This document shows, in pieces, positions 52,970 through 64,000 of a stretch of 64,000 nucleotides of DNA. The DNA is from Eledone cirrhosa (Eukaryota): contig OZ024766.1 in NCBI GenBank assembly GCA_964016885.1, positions 8,618,001-8,682,000 on the forward strand, written 5' to 3'. Each line of letters starts with the position of its first letter. The first letter of the stretch is position 1. The notes beneath the pieces are model-generated. The model worked only from the letters and a program-made list of their open reading frames with translations. It was not told the DNA's origin and made no database searches. The position numbers were made by a program, and so were the translations under genes.

Positions 52970-53450
52970 GACACATACATAAATATGAACAACAGGTGAC
53001 TTGTGTTAGGCTTAATGAGGTTTCAACCAGCAGGTGATGTGGAACAGAAACGGTGATAGAAAAAAAAGTTGGTTGATCTTAATATATATACAGCTGAGAA
53101 ACTTCAGGTAATTATACCTGTAGGTGGAAATATAGTGATTGTATTCCTGTTATTACTATAGTCACTTGCATAAAGGCAGGAGCGTGCCCTGCCCACACTG
53201 TAAAGGTGTTGTGTAGGTGTCATGACCAAAAGCTCTCTGTGTGAACTGGATACATTTTGTTATGATACATATATATATATATTAACGAGGTATAGGTCAC
53301 TCATACACTATAGAAACAATTGTTACCTAATAAATTCTATATAGCCGCATTTCCATTTCGTAAATTTTTTCTCCATATATATATATATATATAGACACAC
53401 ATATATATGCATGTATATATATATATGTACATATGTGTCTAGACATATTT

Positions 53451-53486
<36 letters not shown>

Positions 53487-54145
53487 GGTGGCTGCCAACT
53501 CGTTTTTGAGTACGGCCACTACTTTATATCCATGTAGGAGAACCCCTACCGATGCGCTGAACGAGTGTGACTTTTTAGTCCAGCCAGCGACTTGAAAACT
53601 CTGGTACAAACACTACACTTGTGACAATTATTGACACATAGTGCTGGGCCCATGGTACCATGTGACGACAATTGCAGAGAGATCTCCAGATATAAAGCAA
53701 TGCCTGTGCCGTGAAGCTTTTATAGTGAGCAAAGGCACTGCACAAAGCCAGTCCCACTCTCTTAACCAAGATGATATTTACCAAGAAGAACAAGTCAACA
53801 TCATTGGATACCATCAGGGTTGCAGGTGTTATATCAGAGTTTTCCTTCTCCTAGAATTCTGCCTTGACAAAGGCTAAGGGGTCATCTCTCCCGGTGATTT
53901 TGGATGGCCATTGACTCTTAATAGCTCCTTTGCCCTTAGACAGGTTTTGTTTTTAGTCCTGCAGGATGTCCAAAGTCACCCTCCTCACCAAGAAACCTTG
54001 GTGGGGTTGCCAGTTTAGTCGCCAACGACCCGACCATGGGACAGGTTGTACTGGGATACATGTTACCAGTAGCAGTAGTCTATATATATAGACACACATA
54101 TATATGCATGTATATATATATGTACATATGTGTCTAGACATATTT

Positions 54146-54181
<36 letters not shown>

Positions 54182-54239
54182 ACATATACATATATACTTA
54201 CATATACATATATATATATACTTACATATATACATATCT

Positions 54240-54279
<40 letters not shown>

Positions 54280-54449
54280 CTATACATATATACATATCTA
54301 TACATATATACATATCTATACATATATACATATCTATACATACATATATATATACATATCTATACATACATACATATACACATGTATACATACATATATA
54401 TATACATATATATACATACACATATATACATATCCATTTCTATACAGCC

Positions 54450-56975
54450 CTCACTGTAAAGTGGACGTGTAAAAGACAGCAAAAAGCACCCAGTCCACTC
54501 TGTAAAGTGGTTGTGTAGGTGTCATGACAAAAAGACACCCAGTCCACACTGTAAAGTGGTCATGTAGGTGTCATGACAAAAAGTACCCAGTCCACACTGT
54601 AAAGTGGTCATGTAGATGTCATGACAAAAAGCACCCAGTCCACACTGTAAAGTGGTCATGTAGGTGTCACGACAAAAAGCACCCAGGCCACACTGTAAAG
54701 TGGTCATGTAGGTGACACAACAAAAAGTACCCAGTCCACACTGTAAAGTGGTCGTGTAGGTGTCATGACAAAAAGTACCCAGTCCACACTGTAAAGTGGT
54801 CGTGTAGGTGTCATGACAAAAAGCACCCAGTCCACACTGTAAAGTGGTCATGTAGGTGTCACAACAAAAAGTACCCAGTCCACACTGTAAAGTGGTCATG
54901 TAGGTGTCACAACAAAAAGTACCCAGTCCACACTGTAAAGTGGTCATGTAGGTGACACAACAAAAAGTACCCAGTCCACACTGTAAAGTGGTCGTGTAGG
55001 TGTCATGACAAAAAGTACCCAGTCCACACTGTAAAGTGGTCATGTAGGTGTCACAACAAAAAGCACCCAGTCCACACTATAAAGTGGTCATGTAGGTGTC
55101 ATGACAAAAAGCACCCAGTCCACACTGTAAAGTGGTCATGTAGGTGTCACAACAAAAAGACACCCAGTCCACACTGTAAAGTGATCATGTAGGTGTCACA
55201 ACAAAAAGTACCCAGTCCACACTGTAAAGTGGTCATGTAGGTGTCACAACAAAAAGCACCCAGTCCACACTAAAGTGGTCATGAAGGCATCATGACAATA
55301 AACACCCCGTCCTCACTGTAAAGTGGTCGTGTAGGTGTTATGACAAAAAGTACCCGGTCCACACTGTAAAGTGGTCATGTAGGTGACACAACAAAAAGTA
55401 CCCAGTCCACACTGTAAAGTGGTCGTGTAGGTGTCATGACAAAAAGCACCCAGTCCACACTGTAAAGTGGTCATGTAGGTGTCATGACAAAAAGCACCCA
55501 GTCCACACTGTAAAGTGGTCATGAAGGCATCATGACAATAAACACCCCGTCCTCACTGTAAAGTGGTCGTGTAGGTGTTATGACAAAAAGCACCCAGTCC
55601 ACACTGTAAAGTGGTCATGAAGGCATCATGACAATAAACACCCCGTCCTCACTGTAAAGTGGTCGTGTAGGTGTTATGACAAAAAGCACCCAGTCCACAC
55701 TAAAGTGGTTATGTAGGTGTTATGACAAAAAGCACCCAGTCCACACTAAAGTGGTTATGTAGGTGTCATGACAAAAAGTACCCAGTCCACACTGTAAAGT
55801 GGTTATGTAGGTGTTATGACAAAAAGCACCCAGTCCACACTAAAGTGGTTATGTAGGTGTTATGACAAAAAGACACCCAGTCCACACTGTAAAGTGGTCA
55901 TGTAGGTGTCATGACAAAAAGCACCCAGTCCACACTAAAGTGGTTATGTAGGTGTCATGACAAAAAGCACCCAGTCCACACTAAAGTGGTCATGTAGGTG
56001 TTATGACAAAAAGCACCCAGTCCACACTAAAGTGGTCATGTAGGTGTTATGACAAAAAGCACCCAGTCCACACTAAAGTGGTCATGTAGGTGTCATGACA
56101 AAAAGCACCCAGTCCACACTGTAAAGTGGTCATGTTGGTGTCATGACAAAAAGTACCCAGTCCACACTGTAAAGTGGTCATGAAGGCATCATGACAATAA
56201 ACACCCCGTCCTCACTGTAAAGTGGTCGTGTAGGTGTTATGACAAAAAGCACCCAGTCCACACTGTAAAGTGGTCATGAAGGCATCATGACAATAAACAC
56301 CCCGTCCTCACTGTAAAGTGGTCGTGTAGGTGTTATGACAAAAAGCACCCAGTCCACACTAAAGTGGTTATGTAGGTGTCATGACAAAAAACACCCAGTC
56401 CACACTAAAGTGATTATGTAGGTGTCATGACAAAAAGTACCCAGTCCACACTGTAAAGTGGTCATGTAGGTGTCATGACAAAAAGCACCCAGTCCACACT
56501 AAAGTGGTTATGTAGGTGTTATGACAAAAAGCACCCAGTCCACACTGTAAAGTGGTTATGTAGGTGTTATGACAAAAAGCACCCAGTCCACACTAAAGTG
56601 GTTATGTAGGTGTCATGACAAAAAGCACCCAGTCCACACTGTAACGTGGTTATGTAGGTGTTATGACAAAAAGCACCCAGTCCACACTGTAAAGTGGTTA
56701 TGTAGGTGTTATGACAAAAAGCACCCAGTCCACACTAAAGTGGTTATGTAGGTGTCATGACAAAAAGTACCCAGTCCACACTGTAAAGTGGTTATGTAGG
56801 TGTTATGACAAAAAGCACCCAGTCCACACTAAAGTGGTTAGCATTAGGAAGTGCTACCAGCCAGAAACTGTCCTATATGAGTGAGAGACACTCAGCCGAC
56901 TCAACTTGCCTCAAGTGAGACCTGTCTAACCCATGCTAGCGTGGAAGATAGACGTTAATCGATGATGATGATGAT
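54450..56975 (+). repeat. 46/48-bp minisatellite (~50 copies) expanded inside a SINE
   Basis: gtaggtgtcatgacaaaaagcacccagtccacactgtaaagtggtcat; ends in the SINE tail aacccatgctagcgtggaag...(gat)n. Confidence 0.92.
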
Positions 56976-57506
56976 ACATACATACATACATATATACATA
57001 TATACAAATCTATACATACATATATCTATACATACATACATACATACATACATACATCTATATATATATATATATACACTATGTATATATATTATTTCAT
57101 CAAACAGGTGGATTGTTAGTAATCGACAGAGCGTCAGACATGCTTTGCAGCATAGAGTTACATCCCTTTACATATACAGATATATGAATATATATATATA
57201 AAGAGAAAGGGACATAAATAGAGAGAGAAGCAAGAGACTTAGACCAAAAGAGAGACGTAGAAAACAGAAACACACACATATATATATATATATTTAAAAG
57301 TTAAACAAGGTTCAATGAATAAATCAAAGAATGAGTTTTACAATAGATTGGAAGCACTCAACAGTCACGGTTTTCCAGAGTTATTAATATTAATTAAAAT
57401 GTTCTCAATATTAAGGTATATAAATATTGAGTTTTTTGTCATATATTCACTACCATGACTGAATCTTAACCATCTACTATGTCAGGGTATGTCATGCATC
57501 ATCTTA

Positions 57507-57569
57507 TTTTATCTGATGAGGACGTACTGTTGAAGTTAACTCAGTACCTCTGAAATATGTATAATAAAA
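57507..57569 (+). ncRNA. Minimal type I hammerhead motif (same family as 46111)
   Basis: Differs from the 46111 copy only in loop II; lies within dispersed repeat 57290-57610. Confidence 0.75.
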
Positions 57570-57607
57570 TATACTTGATCACAAGAATATCTACTTTGTT
57601 AATATTT

Positions 57608-57640
<33 letters not shown>

Positions 57641-57750
57641 CGAAGGGAATGTGGTAAGGAACCAGGTGGACCATAACGCACCAAAGTACTCAATACTTGG
57701 GGTAGTAGAGTGGGTAATAGGGACAAGTAGGGGTCGGGGTCCTACTCGTT

Positions 57751-57784
<34 letters not shown>

Positions 57785-57808
57785 TGAGATAGAGAGACGT
57801 AGAAGAGA

Positions 57809-57876
<68 letters not shown>

Positions 57877-57991
57877 GAGAGAAGGGGAGAGAAAGAGAGA
57901 AGGTGAGAGAGAGAGAGAAGGTGAGAGAGAGACAGATAGAGACACATATATATATATATATATATAGGGAGAGAGAGAGAGAGATATAAAG

Positions 57992-58026
<35 letters not shown>

Positions 58027-58042
58027 TATAGACACGTATACA

Positions 58043-58077
<35 letters not shown>

Positions 58078-58143
58078 AGAGAGATAGAAAAACAGACAGA
58101 GAGGGACGTTGAGAGAGAGCTGTAGAAAGAGAGAGAGATACAG

Positions 58144-58177
<34 letters not shown>

Positions 58178-58189
58178 TAATATATATGT

Positions 58190-58237
58190 GTATATATATA
58201 TAGAAAGAGACAGAGAAAAACAAGTAAAGAAAGATAG

Positions 58238-58283
<46 letters not shown>

Positions 58284-59260
58284 AGACAGAGAAAAACAAG
58301 TAAAGAAAGAAAAAAAGATATACACACATATATACATATATACATATATAGAAAGAGACAGAGAAAAACAAATAAAGAAAGATAGATATATACACATATA
58401 TACATATATATACATATATATATATACACACACATATATATACATATATAGAAAGAGACAGAGAAAAACAAATAAAGAAAGATATACACACACACATATA
58501 TACACACATATACACACACATATATATACATATATAGAAAGAGACAGAGAAAAACAAATAAAGAAAGAAAGATATACACACACATATATACACACATATA
58601 CACACACATATATATACATATATAGAAAGAGACAGAGAAAAACAAATAAAGAAAGAAAGATATACACACATATATACATATATACACACATATACACACA
58701 CATATATATACATATATAGAAAGAGACAGAGAAAAACAAATAAAGAAAGAAAGATATACACACATATATACATATATACACACATATACACACACATATA
58801 TATACATATATAGAAAGAGACAGAGAAAAACAAGTAAAGAAAGAAAGATATACACAAATATATACATATATACACACATATACACACATATATATATATA
58901 CATATATAGAAAGAGACAGAGAAAATCAAATAAAGAAAGAAAGATATACACACACACATATATACATATATAGAAAGAGACAGAGAAAAACAAATAAAGA
59001 AAGAAAGATATACACACACACATATATACACACATATATATACATATATAGAAAGAGACAGAGAAAAACAAATAAAGAAAGATATACACACACACATATA
59101 TACACACACATATATATACATATATAGAAAGAGACAGAGAAAAACAAATAAAGAAAGAAAGATATACACACACACATATATACACACATATACACACACA
59201 TATATATACATATATAGAAAGAGACAGAGAAAAACAAATAAAGAAAGAAAGATAGATATA
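58190..59260. repeat. ~70-95-bp compound minisatellite starting right after the exon 1 donor
   Basis: tagaaagagacagagaaaaacaaataaagaaag + (ca/ta)n, about 13 copies. Confidence 0.85.
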
Positions 59261-59275
59261 TTGATATTCACCTAC

Positions 59276-59401
59276 CTCGTCGAAGTCTGCCAGTCTTAAA
59301 TTCGCTCTACTATTCATATTAACTGTCTCCATCATTAAATAAAGAGAAACACATATGACTAGGAAAAACAGTGACCCCCAAAGGGCCATGTATTTTTTCA
59401 T
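59276..59401 (-). CDS. MAN2A1: alpha-mannosidase II coding exon 1 (cytosolic tail and TM anchor)
   Basis: MKKYMALWGSLFFLVICVSLYLMM...ADFDE, 126 nt, donor GAG|GTAGGT, phase 0. A possible acceptor tttacctccAG at 59495 suggests an upstream 5'UTR exon. Confidence 0.88.
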
Positions 59402-59504
59402 CTTGGAGCAGGCCAATAGCGGACGGGCACACGACAGTCCAAGAGGTGAGCAACAAAGGAAGTCGAAGAAGATGGAGGTCCAGTGACGATTCTCCTGGAG
59501 GTAA

Positions 59505-60913
59505 ATACACCACTAACACCACTAACACCACTACAACAACAACACCAGCAACAACAACGAAACCAAAAGCACAACCAGCGGTGGTACTAACACCACCACT
59601 AATACTGCTACTGGTACGACTAGTGCTATTGCTACTACGACTGCTACTAGTGCTAACACTGCTACAGCGCCAACAACAACAACAGCAACAACAGCAACAC
59701 GGACAACGAAACAAAAAAAAAGCACCACCACCAGCGGTGGTACTAACACCACCACTAATACAGCTACTACTATTGCTACTAGTACAACTAATACAACTAC
59801 TACTATTGCTACTAGTACAACTAATACAACTACTACTATTGCTACTACGACTGCTACTAATACTAACACTACAGCACCAACAACAACACGAACAACGAAA
59901 CAAAAAGTACTACCACCGGTGGTACTAATACCACCACTACTATGGCTACTAATACAACTACTACTATTGCTACTAATACTAACACTACTACAGCACCAGC
60001 AACAACACGAACAACGAAACAAAAAGCACCAACAGCGATGGTACTAGTACAACTACTAATACTGCTACTAGTACAACTACTACGACTGCTACTAGTACTA
60101 CGATTAGTACTAACGCCACTAGTGCTACAGCTAGCACTGTTGTAGCTGCTGTGACTTAACTTAGGAGGTTAACGGTGTCGTTTGTGGTGATCCCTTGTTG
60201 ACCGAAAGGGTGGGGTTGACATACAAGTTCATATATGTGTGTGTTTGTGTGTGTGTGTGTGTGATTGTGTGTGTGTGTGTATGTGTGATTGTGTATGTAT
60301 GTATGTATATGTATGTGTGTGTATGTATATATGTATATATATGTGTGTATGTATATATGTATATATATGTATGTATGTGTGTATGTATATATGTGTGTAT
60401 GTATGTATGTATGTATGTATGTGTGTATGTATGTATATATGTATGTGTGTATATATGTATGTGTGTGTATATATGTATATGTGTATATATGTATATGTAT
60501 GTATGTATGTATATATGTGTGTATGTATGTATATATATGTATGTATGTATATATGTATGTATGTATGTATATATGTATATATGTATGTGTGTATATATGT
60601 ATGTGTATATATGTATATGTGTATATATGTATATATATGTATGTATGTATGTATATATGTATATATGTATGTATGTATGTATGTATATGTATGTATATAT
60701 GTATGTATATATGTATGTATGTATGTATATATGTATGTGTATATATGTATGTATGTATGTGTGTATATATGTATATGTGTGTGTATATATATATATATAT
60801 GATTGTGTGTGTGCGTGTATGTGTATGTATACGTATTTATATATATATATCGTAAATATGTGTATATATATATGTAAGTGTATGTGTACGTATATATGTG
60901 TGTGTATATATAT

Positions 60914-60947
<34 letters not shown>

Positions 60948-60976
60948 GTTTGTGTGTGTATATGTGTCTCTAAGTA

Positions 60977-61018
<42 letters not shown>

Positions 61019-62682
61019 CCTGTGTTTATGTTTTAAGTGTGTGTATGGGTGGGTGGGAGGACAATGTGGGGGGTGCGGAATCGGGTGGAGGCTATGGTAT
61101 GTGGGGAGAGAGAGTGTGTGTATGTGTGAGTGTGTATGTGTATGTGTGAGTGTGAGAATGCCTGTGTGTGTGTGTATGTGTGGTTTCTCTATATATGTAT
61201 TTATGACCTATGTGTGTGGTGTATCTATATGTCTATATATGTGTGTGTGTGGTGTGTCTATATATGTCTATATATGTGTGTGTGGTGTGTCTATATATGT
61301 CTATATATGTGTGTGTGGTGTGTCTATATATGTCTATATATGTCTATATATGTGTGTGTGTGTGGTGTGTCTATATATGTCTATATATGTGTGTGTGGTG
61401 TGTCTATATATGTCTATATATGTGTGTGTGTGTGGTGTGTCTATATATGTCTATATATGTGTGTGTGTGTGTGGTGTGTCTATATATGTCTATATATGTG
61501 TGTGTGTGGAGGGAGAGAGAGAGAGAGAGGTTGTGTGTGTGTGTGTGTGTGGTCTCTTTATATATGTGTGTTGTGTGTCTATATATATATATATATGTGT
61601 GTGTGTGTGAGAGAATGCCTGTGTGTGTGTGGTCTCTATATGTTTGTGGTGTGTCTATATATATATGTATGTATGTGTGTGTGTGTGCGTGGTGGTGTGT
61701 TGTGGGGGAGTGGAGTGTTGTTATCGTTGATGTGATGTGGTGGTGGTGTGGTGTGGTGTGGTGTGGTGGTGACGTGGTGTGGTGTGGTGGTTGTGGTGTG
61801 GCGGTGGTGGTGGTGACGTGGTGTGATGTTATGTATGTGGTGGTGGTGGTGGTGTTGTGATGGTGCCGGTGGTTGGTAACGTGGCACAGTTTAGGCTACG
61901 GTGATAGTGGTAATGGTGTTGACTGTGGTGGCGATGGTGTTGGTGGCGGCGGTGTTGTTCGTGGTGGTGATGTTGATTGTGGTGGTGGTGGTGGTGGTGT
62001 TGTTGTTGGTGGTGGTGGTGTTGTTGTTGTTGTTGTTGGTGGTGATGTTGTTAGTGGTATTGTTTGTGGCGGTGGCGGTGTTGTTAGTGGTATTGTTTGT
62101 GGTGGTGATGTTGACGTTGGTGGTGTTGTTGTTAGTCGTATTGTTTGTGGCGGTGGTGGTGTTGTGGTGGTGGTGGTGGTGTTGTGGTGGTGGTGGTGGT
62201 GTTGTTAGTGGTATTGTTTGTGGTGGTGATGTTGTTGGTGGTGTTGTTGTTAGTCGTATTGTTTGTGGCGGTGGTGGTGTTGTGGTGGTGGCGGTGATGT
62301 TGTGGTGGTGGTGGTGGTGTTGTTAGTGGTATTGTTTGTGGTGGTGATGTTGATTGTGGTGGTGGTGTTGTTAGTCGTATTATTTGTGGCGGTGGTGGTG
62401 TTGTGGTGGTGGTGGTGGTGCTGTTAGTGGTATTGTTTGTGGTGGTGATGTTGATTGTGGTGGTGGTGTTGTTGTTGGTGGTGGTGTTGTTAGTCGTATT
62501 GTTTGTGGCGGTGGTGGTGTTGTGGTGGTGTTGTGGTGGTGTTGTTAGTCGTATTGTTTGTGGCGGTGGTGGTGGTGTTGATTGTGGTGGTGGTGGTGTT
62601 GTTGATTGTGATAGAGGAAACGTGGCGATCAAAGGGCGAGAACGAGAAGGCGGCGATAGTGGTGGTGGTGGTGGTGGCGTGG

Positions 62683-62731
<49 letters not shown>

Positions 62732-62740
62732 TGCGCGTGC
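59505..62740. repeat. Low-complexity block (CTA/CAA, TATG, TGG repeats) upstream of the start codon
   Basis: Direct inspection. Confidence 0.85.
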
Positions 62741-63021
62741 GTATGAATATCGTTAGTGTTTGAAGTTCGGATCACTCGGGTAGCAAAATGACGAGCTGGA
62801 TGGATGGATGAGGCGGGTGTGTGGTTGGGCGGGTGGTGACGAGTTTTTAAGGAGGGCAGATCGACCCCGTTGGGTTTGTGTGGTCGGTGAGTGGATGGAG
62901 ACGTATGAAGGCCTCCCCTTTTCTGTGTTGAGATTTCGACTGGGCTGAGCTATCTGATTTAGGGTGGTGGTGGATGATAAGGTGGGAACAGAAGGGTGAC
63001 GGGTGTGTACACTATAGAAGC

Positions 63022-63066
<45 letters not shown>

Positions 63067-63072
63067 TATGTG

Positions 63073-63108
<36 letters not shown>

Positions 63109-63225
63109 CAGAAATAACACGATCTATACAGTATATATGTATATATGTAGACGTTATATTTAATTTGTTGGGATACAACAAGCAAATATTTTTATAACTG
63201 ATATAAAGCACTCAACTTAATATAT

Positions 63226-63273
<48 letters not shown>

Positions 63274-63721
63274 GTTCGTTTTTTAATTTGTTTTGCGAGG
63301 TTTCTTATCTAAAAACTCGTGTTAAGTGGGACAGACCGACCCGGGTGTATCTGTGATTGAGAGGGTTAAATGCCTTATCTTCTCTCTCTGTATCTATTTA
63401 GAAGCATTCAACTGTATTTTTCTGGAGTATAATATCCATGATATATATATATACACCTATATATATGATAGTGCTATTGATAGTAGTGGTAGTGTTAGTG
63501 ATAATGGTGGGGGAGATAGCTGTAGTGTTTTATATATATATATATTTATATATAAAATATTAAAAAAATAATGAATATTTAATATTTTATCTTGACTCTG
63601 TATTCCGTTTATCTTTCACCGAAAGTGATTTTTCATTGCATCTCTTCTTTCCATGATATCCGGAATACATTGAGTTCTTCATACGGATTGGACACTACCG
63701 TAAACTCTTGGTAGATTTATC

Positions 63722-63771
<50 letters not shown>

Positions 63772-64000
63772 AGCAAAATATCGACCCCGGCGCCAAACGG
63801 TTCCGGCTTGTGTTCAATAATTTTTTTTATTATGAGAGATAGATTGACAGGCGTGTGTGTGTGTGTGTGTGTGTAGAGAGAGAGAGAAGTAGATAAACAG
63901 ATCTCTTTGTGTGTGTGTGGATAGATAGATAGATAGATAGATAGACAAGTAAATAAATAGATGGAGAGAGAGAGAGGACTGGACGAGGGCAAGAGAGACA

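Noticed and set aside
62600-64000. Promoter or 5'UTR exon of the gene
   Set aside because: CpG-containing unique patches exist, but no convincing donor or core promoter can be fixed from sequence alone.

Overview
This is eukaryotic DNA, very rich in microsatellites and SINEs; the repeat landscape suggests an octopod cephalopod, but that is inference. One complete minus-strand gene fills most of the window: a Golgi alpha-mannosidase II (GH38, MAN2A1/MAN2A2-like). I traced it by hand as 15 coding exons from ATG at 59401 to TAA at 4976. All introns are GT-AG and phase-consistent, giving 3561 nt and 1186 aa. Nearly all other long ORFs in the track are repeat artefacts. The introns hold tRNA-derived SINEs, RTE, Tx1-like and Dong/R4 LINE ends, two Helitron-like elements, a MITE and many minisatellites. 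Three patterns stand out. First, about ten minimal type I hammerhead-ribozyme motifs from several families occur, mostly in (TA)n-embedded, often fold-back, Penelope/retrozyme-like elements; five lie on the gene's sense strand in intron 1, and they show stem covariation and a U3-A8 compensatory core. Second, tandem arrays have grown out of exon-intron junctions and multiplied real splice donors. Third, a LINE-derived 96-bp array places about 23 sense-strand AATAAA signals just upstream of an acceptor. Coordinates were counted manually and repeat edges are approximate.
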